64,000 bases of DNA from an uncultured Gemmatimonadaceae bacterium (lineage in GTDB: Bacteria > Gemmatimonadota > Gemmatimonadetes > Gemmatimonadales > Gemmatimonadaceae), in contig CAWBOC010000007.1 in the NCBI GenBank assembly GCA_963790305.1, positions 160,001 to 224,000 on the forward strand. The letters are read 5' to 3'. This document shows positions 40,035 through 50,104 of the stretch, in pieces. The position numbers and the translations under genes were made by a program. A model generated the notes under the pieces. It saw only the letters and a program-made list of their open reading frames with translations. It did not search any database and was not told the DNA's origin. Each line of letters opens with the position of its first letter. Positions within the stretch are counted from its first letter, which is position 1.

Positions 40035-41143
40035 TGGGTGCTCGACGGTGCGGGGGTCACTCGCGGTGTCCGTAGACCGCGCGTGAGCATCGCCGCGATC
40101 TCGCCGTCCCAGCGCGCGACATGAGCCCCGGTGGCCCATTGGATCATTAGCACGCTGCGCTCGCCAACATTCACGGCGCGAAGCTTCGCGCCGACCTTGC
40201 CATTCGACACGCCGTGCACGTGCAGGGAATCGCCTACCCGCACGAAGACCAGATCGCGGCTCGGTGAGGAAAATGCGTCCGTCGCCGAGGCATATGCTCG
40301 ACGAATCTCAGCCCACGACGTACTGAGCGCATCAGGCCCCGTGACCGAGCGCAATACCGTCGCGTTTACTTCCTCCTCGACCTCGCACGACATCATCCAG
40401 CCGCGAAAGAACGCGACCGGGCGCCATCGCCCAGCGCGACGGGTGATGTAAAGCCCCGCTCCCGGTTCTGCGTCGCCCGGGGATTCGCAGCTTTTGCTTT
40501 CCTCGTTGGAGGCGACCGCCGACACCACAAGCCGGTAGCCGCCAGAACCAAGAAGCTCGGTCATGGACGCGCTGCTGTCCGAGCCGAGATGCGTGACATC
40601 GGCGTTACTCGTCGAGCGACCACCGCGGGGCTCGCATGTTTCCGTCTGCCCGCTGCGACTCCGCACGGCAATGTGGTTCGGCGCCACAAACGTGATCTCG
40701 TGTTGATCCACAACGCAGTCCCTGGAGCCATATGACCGGTAGACAACTTCCGATTCGACGGAGTCCGCTTGCGGCGCTTCTGTCGAGTCGGCGCAGTGTT
40801 CGGGCGCGAGGACGTCCGAGGTGTCGGAGACCGGTCTTGTCCAGAGAACCTCGGTGACCGACGACTCTTCGCCGCTTTGGCCGGAGCATCCGATGGCGAC
40901 GCCGGCCCGCCACCAGCCCGAGCGCCGAGGGACGAGCAACTCCGGAATCGTGCGGGTGCGAATGCCGGCGCCGTCCATCGTGACCCACATCGTCTCGTAT
41001 CCGGCGAACTGTGCCTCGGCGTCCGAAGACGTTCGACCCGGACTCAATCCAATGAGGACGCCAGACTGACCCAGCGCGGTGGAAGAGGGGACGACCGCAA
41101 GGGTGGCGAAAAGGAGTGCGAGGGTGCGGAGGGGCATGACCAT
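40031..41143 (-). CDS. Secreted hypothetical protein, paralog A
   Basis: Same shared motifs; ATGA overlap with paralog B. Confidence 0.75.
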   Translation of the reverse strand: MVMPLRTLALLFATLAVVPSSTALGQSGVLIGLSPGRTSSDAEAQFAGYETMWVTMDGAGIRTRTIPELLVPRRSGWWRAGVAIGCSGQSGEESSVTEVLWTRPVSDTSDVLAPEHCADSTEAPQADSVESEVVYRSYGSRDCVVDQHEITFVAPNHIAVRSRSGQTETCEPRGGRSTSNADVTHLGSDSSASMTELLGSGGYRLVVSAVASNEESKSCESPGDAEPGAGLYITRRAGRWRPVAFFRGWMMSCEVEEEVNATVLRSVTGPDALSTSWAEIRRAYASATDAFSSPSRDLVFVRVGDSLHVHGVSNGKVGAKLRAVNVGERSVLMIQWATGAHVARWDGEIAAMLTRGLRTPRVTPAPSSTQ

Positions 41144-41179
41144 CTCATCTAGGGGGCTTCCTGATGAGACGACTGAGCG

Positions 41180-41824
41180 CTATTCCCGTCGCCGCCGCTG
41201 GCGCCTCACGACCAAGGGCGTCCCAATGAGCGCGATCGCGGCAAACGAAAACCACTGAACGGCATAGTTGAGGTGCGGCCCCTCGTCGCCGAAAGCCGGG
41301 GCCTGGAGACGCGCCGGACGGTCGCCAGCCGCTGATGGAGCCGCCCCGGAATCCGGGAGGGCGACCACGTAGAGCGACCCTGCGACCGACTCCCGAAGAG
41401 ACGACGGAAGCTCGTCGACGTAGCCGACGAACTGAGCCCGCTCCCCCTCATGCCATCGCGAAAGATCGATCGTCCGCGCATCGGGCGAATAAACCCAGCC
41501 GCGATTCACGAGGATTGGCCTCTCATCGCTCGCGATTACCGGAGTGATCACGTGCACCCCCGGTGAGCCGCTGCGCGTGCGGCCCCCGACGGTCGTCTCA
41601 CGCGCATAGTCCCAACGACCGCTCACGGAGACTCGCCGGAATCGCGGCACCGAATCACGCGTCGCCCTCTCAGCCGAAATTGGCGGATCTTTAAAGGCTG
41701 CCGCGATGGTCGCGTTGTGCGCCTGCCGTTGGTCGAGCCGGTCGAGCTGCCAGAGCCCGAGGCGCACGCACACGGCGGCGACGAGAGCGGCGGCGACCAG
41801 CGGAATCCACGAGCGAGCGGGCAT
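41180..41824 (-). CDS. SURF1-family protein
   Basis: LGLWQLDR, LVNRGWV, HLNYAVQWF. Confidence 0.9.
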   Translation of the reverse strand: MPARSWIPLVAAALVAAVCVRLGLWQLDRLDQRQAHNATIAAAFKDPPISAERATRDSVPRFRRVSVSGRWDYARETTVGGRTRSGSPGVHVITPVIASDERPILVNRGWVYSPDARTIDLSRWHEGERAQFVGYVDELPSSLRESVAGSLYVVALPDSGAAPSAAGDRPARLQAPAFGDEGPHLNYAVQWFSFAAIALIGTPLVVRRQRRRRE

Positions 41825-41844
41825 GCGTCGCGGGTGGGCGCAGA

Positions 41845-42654
41845 TCAGAACAGGGAAAGCTGCTCGCCGAGCTCGGAGGGCTCGACGGGCCGCTGTCCGA
41901 GCAAACGTTGCAGCTCTCGCGCGGACTGCGGGCTGTGCCCCGCGAAATGATTGTTCACATAGCCGAACACTTCGGTCGCGCGCTGGGCGAGCTGCGAAAT
42001 GATCGCGGCCCACTGCTCCAGCTCCCGCGAGCGATCCACCTGAATTCGCGAGTAATCGGCGATCTCGCGGCTGGGACCCATCCACCGCATATACGAGAAC
42101 CGCGCGGTCGGTCGCTCGGCCAGCGAGAGCATGGTTCGACGCGGGATCCAGCGCGCATCCGTCAGCGTGAGCGCGACCTCGTGCTCGGCGAGCAGCGCGA
42201 TGATTCCATCGTGGATCCACCCGCGGTCGCGGAACTCGATCGCGACGCGGATGTCTGCCGGGAGGGTGGGGAGGAATGCGGCCAGCGCAGGGAGCTCCGC
42301 CGGTCCGAAATCGGGTCCGAGTTGAACGAGGATAGGCCCGAGCTTGGGACCGAGCAACCGAGCGCGCTCGACGAATTGCGACAGGAGGTCCTTGCTGTCG
42401 CGAAGGCGACGCTCGTGCGTAATCTCCTGCGGCAGCTTGAGCGCGAAGACGAAATCGTCAGGCGTCCGCTCGACCCATCCCTGAACGACTTTCTCCGACG
42501 GGATCGCGTAGAAGGTCGAGTCGACCTCGACGGTGTTGAACGCCCGGGAATACAGCGACAGGAAATCCGCCGGGCGCGAGCCCTCAGGATAGAATGGGCC
42601 TACCCACGCGTCGTAGTTCCATCCTTGCGTTCCGATGCGCACGTTCGAGGGCAT
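41845..42654 (-). CDS. DUF72-family protein
   Basis: IGTQGWNY, VEVDSTFY, ITHERRL, IEFR, NNHFAGH. Confidence 0.9.
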   Translation of the reverse strand: MPSNVRIGTQGWNYDAWVGPFYPEGSRPADFLSLYSRAFNTVEVDSTFYAIPSEKVVQGWVERTPDDFVFALKLPQEITHERRLRDSKDLLSQFVERARLLGPKLGPILVQLGPDFGPAELPALAAFLPTLPADIRVAIEFRDRGWIHDGIIALLAEHEVALTLTDARWIPRRTMLSLAERPTARFSYMRWMGPSREIADYSRIQVDRSRELEQWAAIISQLAQRATEVFGYVNNHFAGHSPQSARELQRLLGQRPVEPSELGEQLSLF

Positions 42655-42694
42655 TGTGCAAAGGGGCGACGAGGACGCGAGCGTGTCAAGCCGA

Positions 42695-43648
42695 TCAGCG
42701 AACCCAGATCTCGAGCCCGCCTTGGGCGTTGCCAAGCCGCGTGTCCAGCCGACCGAGCGGAGTGAGTACGGACTGGACCGTCCGCGCTGCGCGCAGCTCT
42801 CCACTGGCGTAGGTGATAGCGTTGCCGGGCCAGGTTTCGCCGCCCCACACGGGCCTCGGCAGCGTGCGTGCGCCAAGGCAATTCAGTTTGGCGATCGCAT
42901 CGAGCCCCGCGTCGGGCTGCCGTGAATCGAAGTGCACGATGACGTCGCGACCGGAAAGGGCGCGAGCATGCGCGCTCTGCTCGGCGCACTGGGCGGACGG
43001 CACTAGGGCCCACTGAGCGCGGAGGCCTTCGAGGACGCGCTGGCGAATCGCGTGCACGTCGACGCCTCGCGCCTCGCCGTCGCCACCAACGCTCTCCACG
43101 TGCATGGCCACGACACCGGTGGCGGAGACGATCGGTGCGCCGGACACGCCCTCGGCCACCTCGAGGCCCTTGTATGACACCAGCTGCTTCGCCGCATCGA
43201 AAGCGCTTGCGTGGCCCGCCTCGTTAGGGATGTACCATTCACGCGATCGCCCGATGAACCACACCGGTTCCCCGACCCGCGGTCGCGCGGCCAGCGCATC
43301 GGGGCGCCACGCCAGGCCCTCCGGGTACGACGTGCGCACGATCGCGAGGTCGAGCGCCGGCTGTGAGCCAATAGCGTCGGCGACATAAACGATCGTGCCG
43401 AGTGCGCAGCTTTCTCCGCGGTGGGCAAAGCAGACGGTGACGGTATCGGTGGAGAGGTCGCGGAGGGTGTGCCAGGCGGTGGCGACGAGCAGGTGCCGAT
43501 CGGCCAAGCCCACGATGAATCCGAACCCGGTGTTCGCGCCGGCGTCGATGCGCGCAACGTTGCTCTTGAAAGAGGCAGGATTAGTCTGGGAGAGCGCGGC
43601 GCCTGGGCCAATGAGCGCGAACGCAAGCGCGCTCGCCGCAGCTCTCAT
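42695..43648 (-). CDS. Secreted trypsin-like serine protease domain protein
   Basis: GFGF, TAWH, DLAIV, GVSGAP triad; unknown C-terminal domain. Confidence 0.72.
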   Translation of the reverse strand: MRAAASALAFALIGPGAALSQTNPASFKSNVARIDAGANTGFGFIVGLADRHLLVATAWHTLRDLSTDTVTVCFAHRGESCALGTIVYVADAIGSQPALDLAIVRTSYPEGLAWRPDALAARPRVGEPVWFIGRSREWYIPNEAGHASAFDAAKQLVSYKGLEVAEGVSGAPIVSATGVVAMHVESVGGDGEARGVDVHAIRQRVLEGLRAQWALVPSAQCAEQSAHARALSGRDVIVHFDSRQPDAGLDAIAKLNCLGARTLPRPVWGGETWPGNAITYASGELRAARTVQSVLTPLGRLDTRLGNAQGGLEIWVR

Positions 43649-44523
43649 GGTTTGGCCTTGGGCAGAAAATGCACGAGGAGACCGACACCCGCGGCGATGA
43701 ACGCAATCGCGAGCCGCCAATGCGTGTGCGTCAAATGCTCGAGCATGGGTGGGCGCAAGTCGCGGCGGGCGATGGATGGCCGGGATGCCTTCCCCTTGAA
43801 CAGCGTTCGGATGGTGTCCCGTACGACCAGCTCTGCGATGCTCCCTTCGAGCTCCCCGAGCGTCACCGCATCACCGACGTGAGCAGTTGGCGCCGCCTCT
43901 CCCACCTCGCCCACGTCGGGGAGCTCCATGCGAGCACCGAGGATCGCGCTGCGAACGAGCCCGGTGTCACTGGTCTCGAAACGAATCGCCGAAACGGGAA
44001 GATTTCGAAAGTGCAGTGGATACGGCGGCTCGAATATGAGGGTCGCTGGCGCGCCCAGCTCGACGGGGCGCCGAACCTCCACCGGCAGGAAGTTGACAGA
44101 ATCGGCCAACGTCAAATCAGCCGACATCCGACAGGGGGCGGTCGAGCCAGCTGGCCACTCGACATCGAGCCGGATCAGGCGATCGACATAGTGCTCGAGG
44201 CGCACCGCGCACCCGGGCGTCACCTCGAGGCGCTGGAGCGAGTGGAGGCTGTTCGGAGAGGCGACAATGGGTGCGCCGGTGAACGCGCGCAGCGATGCGT
44301 CGTTAGGCAGCGCGGGCGTGAATCGAATGCCGGTGAAGGGCGAGCCGCCCGGTTCCAGCCCATATCGCGGGGCTACCGCCGTCACGAGGTCCAACGTCCG
44401 CGACGGGACGAACACCACCGCGTGGCTTCTGGCCTCCAGCACGACGTTGGGTCGTGCCTTCTTGAAGATCAACCCTGCCGCAATCAAGCCCAGGATAATG
44501 GTAAGTCCGATGAGGACTCGCAT
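43645..44523 (-). CDS. Hypothetical protein with N- and C-terminal TM helices
   Basis: Hydrophobic termini; ATGA overlap with the protease gene. Confidence 0.65.
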   Translation of the reverse strand: MRVLIGLTIILGLIAAGLIFKKARPNVVLEARSHAVVFVPSRTLDLVTAVAPRYGLEPGGSPFTGIRFTPALPNDASLRAFTGAPIVASPNSLHSLQRLEVTPGCAVRLEHYVDRLIRLDVEWPAGSTAPCRMSADLTLADSVNFLPVEVRRPVELGAPATLIFEPPYPLHFRNLPVSAIRFETSDTGLVRSAILGARMELPDVGEVGEAAPTAHVGDAVTLGELEGSIAELVVRDTIRTLFKGKASRPSIARRDLRPPMLEHLTHTHWRLAIAFIAAGVGLLVHFLPKAKP

Positions 44524-44633
44524 TCGTCGAGGCTCTGTCCACCGCAACGGGGCCACGCGCGGCGGACGCAACTCCGTCACACCGGGATGGGCGATGCGCT
44601 CCGGCGGATCGCGCGGAGGTGCGGCGGATCCGC

Positions 44634-45431
44634 TCACCAGAAATAGATGCTCAGGTGTACCGGACGGCCGAACGCCTGTGCGCCGCGAGGCCTCCATCGG
44701 ATCATCAGCTGATGCTCGCCCTCGGGCTGCGGCGGGATCATGATGCGGAAGTATCCGTCCGCGTTGCCTTCGATCGGCGACACGCGCTCACACGTCGGCG
44801 TGGTCGCGACTGTCTGCGCCGCACCCGGCTCCTCCGCCAACCAACACAGCTCGGCCGCCATGGGCACCCGCACGATCAACTCCACCGGCTCCGCCCCACC
44901 GCCCGCGCGCCCTCGAGTGATCTCGAGGGGGACGAAGATCGGACCTCCCAGGCCTCCGTCCGGACCGCGACGTCTCGCCAATCCGTACACGCCAATCTTG
45001 CCACTATCCAGGTCCATCGGCTTAACGACTGCTCCCAAATTCCATCGCATCTGACTATCGACACGGACGGAACCATCGAGCGCCCAGTGCAGATTCGCCT
45101 GGCGGGCGCGACCGATCACGCGCACGTCGGGGTCCAGCCGCACCGTGTTCGGTCGAGCCTTCACATACAGCACGCTGTCGGAGGGAGAGTCCTTCCCATA
45201 GCGGAGCGCGCCACGGACGAGCGAGACGACCTGCACGCCGACGGGGGCGCTCTGCAGCCCAATGTACATGCCTTCGCAGGCGTAGGGGCGCTTCTTGTAC
45301 CCCACTTCGCCGGGCGCGGGCTTCACCAATGCATCACACTGCGCCTCCGCGAATCGCGGCGCGAGCGCAATGACCGCTATCGCAATACGGCCGCCCGCCG
45401 CACGCACCCCGCGCGGCGATCGGCGACTCAC
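44634..45431 (-). CDS. Secreted hypothetical protein
   Basis: Signal peptide ending AEA-Q; GY..R...CEG motif. Confidence 0.65.
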   Translation of the reverse strand: MSRRSPRGVRAAGGRIAIAVIALAPRFAEAQCDALVKPAPGEVGYKKRPYACEGMYIGLQSAPVGVQVVSLVRGALRYGKDSPSDSVLYVKARPNTVRLDPDVRVIGRARQANLHWALDGSVRVDSQMRWNLGAVVKPMDLDSGKIGVYGLARRRGPDGGLGGPIFVPLEITRGRAGGGAEPVELIVRVPMAAELCWLAEEPGAAQTVATTPTCERVSPIEGNADGYFRIMIPPQPEGEHQLMIRWRPRGAQAFGRPVHLSIYFW

Positions 45432-46153
45432 GGGGTCTCCGGCCCGCTCGTTATGCTGCGGCGGCCTGCCGGCGACGTCTTGCGGACGGGGAGCGACGTG
45501 GCAAGCTGCGCGGCGGCCGTCTCCAGCGCCGTCGCCTGGGCCTCGCCCAGCGCTCCTTCATGGCAGATCGTCGCCTTGTGCGTAGCGACCCAGGGCACAT
45601 CTCCCGCGTCGACGTGCAGCCAGCGCGCGGACAAGTGCACGGTCGCCTGCACTCCCGCATTCGGTTGACCGTTCACGGCGCAGCGACCCGCGTCCACACG
45701 GCGCATGTCGACGACGACGACCGCGTCTATGCCCTTGATGAAGTCTCTCAACTGGGCAAGGTCCTGGTCGGTCCACGCATCACCGCGCGACATCTGCGTT
45801 CGCACCTGTTCGGCGTCAGCGCTCGCCGCGAGGAGATACCCGTTCTCCACCAGCCGGCTCTCGAAGGCGTCGCGTACCATGCCCTGCGTGCCCGCTTCGC
45901 GGAATCGGCCGGTGCCGTCGAACACGGTGACGGCGATGCTCTCGTAGCCGCCGGGCTCGAAGAGCTCGGACTGACGAACTGTCCCGCATACACCCTGGAC
46001 GTCGCAACGAATCGATCGCGCATCCGAGACGGCGCTCTTCGTCTCGGAGACCTTCTTCTTCAGCCGATCCAGCAGCTGGGCGTCACCGCGCTCGACAGCA
46101 ATACCCAGAGCGCTGACAGTCGTTGCGATGAGCAGAGTGCGTGAAGCGGTCAT
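45428..46153 (-). CDS. Secreted hypothetical protein (weak CsgG/TolB-N-like appearance)
   Basis: AQLLDRLKKKV; SIAVTVF...FESRL...IDAVVV. Confidence 0.6.
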   Translation of the reverse strand: MTASRTLLIATTVSALGIAVERGDAQLLDRLKKKVSETKSAVSDARSIRCDVQGVCGTVRQSELFEPGGYESIAVTVFDGTGRFREAGTQGMVRDAFESRLVENGYLLAASADAEQVRTQMSRGDAWTDQDLAQLRDFIKGIDAVVVVDMRRVDAGRCAVNGQPNAGVQATVHLSARWLHVDAGDVPWVATHKATICHEGALGEAQATALETAAAQLATSLPVRKTSPAGRRSITSGPETP

Positions 46154-46346
46154 GCGCGTCTCCCGAGCAAAGCGTGGCAGGGCAACGCGGACCGGAGCGG
46201 ACGAAGAGACCGTCCGCGGCTGGATGGATGGGCCGGACCGGATGAAGAGTGTATGGGTTACTGCCTGGCGCTGCAAGACACCTCTGTGATCGGTAGCGAC
46301 CCCGCGCGACGCAGGCGATTTTGACCGATGACCCTAACGCCCAAAC

Positions 46347-46889
46347 ATGAGCTTCGACCTCGCGCCTTCCATTGAAGTCCTCCGCCGCACCCCGGCGACC
46401 CTTCGCGCCCTGCTCGGTGGGCTGGACGACCGCTGGATCCGTGGGACGGAAGGTCCGGACACGTTCAGTCCCTTCGACGTCGTCGGCCATCTGATCGATG
46501 GCGAGGAGACCGACTGGATGTCACGCGCGCGAATCATCCTCGCGCGCGGCCCCAACCTTACCTTCGAGCCGTACGACCGGTTTCGTCACTACGCCCGCAA
46601 TCGGGGCCGCTCGCTGGCGTCGCTGCTCGACGAGCTCGCTGCCCTGCGCGTGGCAAACCTCGACGAGCTGACGTCATGGAAGCTCACCGCGGTCGAGCTC
46701 GCGCTGCCCGGAGAGCATCCCACCCTCGGTCGGGTGACACTGCAGCAGCTGCTCGCGACATGGGTGGTCCACGATCTGGGTCATATCGCCCAGATCGCGC
46801 GCGTCATGGCGAAACAGTATCGCGAGGAAGTCGGCCCGTGGGTGCCGTATCTACCCGTGCTCACCGACCACGAGCGGCCACGGTCGTAA
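46347..46889 (+). CDS. DinB-family protein
   Basis: FSPFDVVGHL, WVVHDLGHIAQI. Confidence 0.85.
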   Translation: MSFDLAPSIEVLRRTPATLRALLGGLDDRWIRGTEGPDTFSPFDVVGHLIDGEETDWMSRARIILARGPNLTFEPYDRFRHYARNRGRSLASLLDELAALRVANLDELTSWKLTAVELALPGEHPTLGRVTLQQLLATWVVHDLGHIAQIARVMAKQYREEVGPWVPYLPVLTDHERPRS

Positions 46890-46894
46890 GAACC

Positions 46895-47917
46895 CTACTG
46901 CTTCGCCATGTCGTCGACTTGCTGCTTGAGCGTCTCCATGACGCTTCCGAACTCGTCGACGCTTGCCGTGGGAAGCCAGTCGGGTCCGACGGGTTTCACG
47001 ACCCCGGAGAACGACGGAATGTCGGTAAAGGAATCCTCTTCGGCGAGTGTCGCGAGACCGCCAATCAGGAGTGCGGTGCCAGCCACGACGAATCCCGTGC
47101 GCCATTGGCGCGTGCGCGAAAAGCTGGTGGCGAGCGCGAGATGCCCGGCGACAAGGGCCGCGAGCATGAAAAGTCCGATGGCGATCGAGAGGACGTCGGC
47201 AAGGCTCGCATCGGGGAAGAAGAACGACAGCCACTCCGCGGCCATCGTCCAGACGAGTCCTCCCAGTGTCACGAGCGACGCAACCGCCATGTGGCCCACG
47301 AAATGGAAACGCTGCACGCTCACTCGACTCGCCACGGCCCAGATCCCCGCCCATATGGAGATCAACGCGGCAAAGCCGAGCGCGGCGTAAAGCGCGTCGC
47401 TCGCGCTGGACCGCTCCGCGCTTCCGAGCCAGCTGTACACCGCAAACGCCGACGCCGCGATCCCTACGGTCAATAGCCGTCCCCATGTCGTTTGTGCGGT
47501 TCGCGCCATGGCGGCGGCAAGGGGCGCGCGCCGTGGCAGCACGACCTTGGGCTCGGCAACCGTCGTGACAGGCACGGGCCGGGCCAGGGAGACGTCGGCG
47601 ATGGCGGGCGATACGGGCTCATCCGAATCGCGGAAGCGAAGCATCGTACGCCCGACGCGAATCTCTGCGCCCGGCCGCAATGGCACGCGTCCCGACAGCC
47701 TCGCATGGTCCGCGATGAGCCCGTTGACGCTTCCGAGATCCTCGATGAGCGGCGTACCCGACTCATCCAGCCCAATGCGCGCGTGGCGCGCGTCGACGTA
47801 CGGATCGTCGAGAATGAGGTCGTTCGCGAAGCCGCGACCCACCGTCACAGGTGCGTCGCCGAGGCGGTGCCAGGTGCGCGCCCCGCCGGGGTGCACTACT
47901 TCCAGAATCATCGCCAC
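46895..47917 (-). CDS. FHA-domain membrane protein
   Basis: VGRGFAND, HAR, DLGSVNG; about 5 TM helices. Confidence 0.85.
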   Translation of the reverse strand: MAMILEVVHPGGARTWHRLGDAPVTVGRGFANDLILDDPYVDARHARIGLDESGTPLIEDLGSVNGLIADHARLSGRVPLRPGAEIRVGRTMLRFRDSDEPVSPAIADVSLARPVPVTTVAEPKVVLPRRAPLAAAMARTAQTTWGRLLTVGIAASAFAVYSWLGSAERSSASDALYAALGFAALISIWAGIWAVASRVSVQRFHFVGHMAVASLVTLGGLVWTMAAEWLSFFFPDASLADVLSIAIGLFMLAALVAGHLALATSFSRTRQWRTGFVVAGTALLIGGLATLAEEDSFTDIPSFSGVVKPVGPDWLPTASVDEFGSVMETLKQQVDDMAKQ

Positions 47918-49173
47918 GAAATCTGCTCCAGGTAGCGGCGGGCAAGTCGGTCAACGTTCTCGAAGGTGACCCCAGACATCGTGAGCGTCGAAACGAGGCC
48001 GGAGTCATCCCGCCCGAGAACCGCGACTTTCAGAACGCCGTCGTAGAGCTCGCCGAGCTTGCGATAGCGGCGCAGGCAGAGCACTGCACGCATCGGAAGC
48101 GAGGTATTCCGCACGTTGCGCGTTCCGCACGCCCAGCTCGTGACATGCTCCTCCTGACCGCTCGGCGTGTTGTCGTTGGCGAACACGCTGCTGTAGAGCG
48201 CGAAGAACTGCGAGGAGTTGAGCTTTTTCGTCGAGATCATCTCGTGCTCGACATCCACCACGCCGGTGCTCTGATCGCCGGCAATGAACAGGTAGTCGTC
48301 GGTCGAGCAGTGGTGCTGCACTTTCTCGTAAGGCAGCTCCTGGCGTCGCGTGGCGTCGGCCCAGCAGCGGAAGAACGGCGCCGGCTCGGTGACGAGCCGG
48401 TAGGGTCCGAGATCGACCATCTTTGTCTTGCCAGCGAACATGTCGCGCAGATACGCGTCCTGATGATCGCGCAGCTGGCGGCCGACCTGTTCGAGCGTGC
48501 GCGCCGGCGGCTGGTCGCCGGGAGCCAGGACCTGACCGAGCAACGCGGCGGCGCGGTCGACCGGAACGAGAAAGCTGAGCTGATTGCCGGCTGTCGCGAC
48601 GTTGATTCCGATGACGCGCCCATCTTCGGCGATCGTGGGTCCCCCGCTCATTCCCGGGTTGAGCGACCCCGTGAAGTGGATGCGCGGATGCCGCGTGTGG
48701 GCGAGGAGCCCATTGTACGTCCCTTCCACGATGCTCAGCCCGAGGTCTTCCGGATGGCCGAGCGAGTAGAGTCGATTGCCCTGGGCGACGGCGACGCTGC
48801 CGAGTGAGAAATGGGCGCGCTCGCTCAGCTCGCTGCCCAGCACCGCGAGGTCGTGCACCACATCCACTCCGAGCACGCTCACCGGCTCGACCGCGCCCGC
48901 CACATCGATCAGCTCCGCCCGGTACCGGTCCGGGTCGTGGATGAGCTTGGAGATGACGTGGTAGTTCGTGACGGAATGGCCGCTGCCGGTCACGAAGAAC
49001 CCGGAACCGATCGTGGCCTTCGCGGCCGAGCCGGTCTCGACGACCTGGATCTTGACGACGCGGTCGGCGAAGCGACTGAAGACGTCGGATGTAGCGACGC
49101 TCCGCGCCTGTGCGACGAGGTCACCGGCCCAGAGGAGGGACGCGGCCAGGAGAAGTGGACGGGCGAACGACAT
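47908..49173 (-). CDS. Secreted trypsin-like (S1C) serine protease with a Cys-containing C-terminal domain
   Basis: GSGF, TNYHV, DLAVL, NPGMSGGP. Confidence 0.87.
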   Translation of the reverse strand: MSFARPLLLAASLLWAGDLVAQARSVATSDVFSRFADRVVKIQVVETGSAAKATIGSGFFVTGSGHSVTNYHVISKLIHDPDRYRAELIDVAGAVEPVSVLGVDVVHDLAVLGSELSERAHFSLGSVAVAQGNRLYSLGHPEDLGLSIVEGTYNGLLAHTRHPRIHFTGSLNPGMSGGPTIAEDGRVIGINVATAGNQLSFLVPVDRAAALLGQVLAPGDQPPARTLEQVGRQLRDHQDAYLRDMFAGKTKMVDLGPYRLVTEPAPFFRCWADATRRQELPYEKVQHHCSTDDYLFIAGDQSTGVVDVEHEMISTKKLNSSQFFALYSSVFANDNTPSGQEEHVTSWACGTRNVRNTSLPMRAVLCLRRYRKLGELYDGVLKVAVLGRDDSGLVSTLTMSGVTFENVDRLARRYLEQISWR

Positions 49174-49437
49174 CAGGGGGCGGTCTGGGCTCGAAATCCG
49201 GGGGAGCCCATAGTGCGATTTTGCGCCTGACAATGCAAGGCCTAACGTGCTTCGTGAATCGCGTTTGCGAGCGGCATAACAATGACGGAGCCGAGCAACG
49301 CCCGAAGCAGCACCTGTGATCGTCCGCACAGGAAAACGCCCGTCCGACAGGTGACGGCGGCTCGCCCCATTAGTCGCCTAATGGATGAGGCGCGTGGCAC
49401 TGGGCGACGCGTCTCCCCTATTCAACCCCACCAACAA

Positions 49438-50025
49438 ATGTCGACCTATCCCACCCCCGCGGCGGTCCGCCCAACGGCAATGCCGCCGCTGAACCTGGCG
49501 AAGCTCACGGCGGTATTTCGCGGCCGCTCCATCGCCGCGGCCGTCGACGCCATCTGGGTGCCCGCGGTTGCGGCGACGCTCATTGTCGTCGCCGGCGCCG
49601 TCGGTCACTGGCTGAAACAGCCCTGGCTCTTCGCGGGTCTTGGCCCGACGGTCCTGATGCTCGCCAGCAATCCGGGTCATGAGACGACCCGCTTCCGCGC
49701 GGTGGTCACCGCCCACCTGGCGGCGATCGGCTGCGCCTACCTCGCGCTGCTGCTTCTGAACGCGAGTGGCGCGACGGCTGTCATTACGAGGGCGACCGTG
49801 CCGCTTCCGCGCGTGTGGGCCAGTGCCGCATCGCTGGCAATGCTCGCCATCCTGATGCCGCAGCTTCGCGCCTACCACCCGCCCGCTGCCGCCACGGCAC
49901 TTCTCGTGACGCTCGGCGCGTACCGGATGACCGGCAAGACTCCGCTGGCGTTGATGGCGGGCGTCGTCGCGGTCGCGGTCATGGCGGAAGTGCTTCACCG
50001 AGTGAAGCCAAGGAAGTCGAGGTAA
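49438..50025 (+). CDS. HPP-family membrane protein
   Basis: LGPT, HPPAAATALL. Confidence 0.82.
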   Translation: MSTYPTPAAVRPTAMPPLNLAKLTAVFRGRSIAAAVDAIWVPAVAATLIVVAGAVGHWLKQPWLFAGLGPTVLMLASNPGHETTRFRAVVTAHLAAIGCAYLALLLLNASGATAVITRATVPLPRVWASAASLAMLAILMPQLRAYHPPAAATALLVTLGAYRMTGKTPLALMAGVVAVAVMAEVLHRVKPRKSR

Positions 50026-50104
50026 TCGAGGGTGTCGAGGTGATCGAGGTAACGTCGTTGCCTCTCCTCGATCACCTCGACGACCTGGACAACCTCGATC
50101 ACCT
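50011..50104. repeat. 9-bp periodic palindrome, copy 5; contains the stop codons of both convergent genes
   Basis: TAA 50023-50025 in the left arm, TCA 50099-50101 in the right arm; core GGTGATCGAGG / CCTCGATCACCT. Confidence 0.92.
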
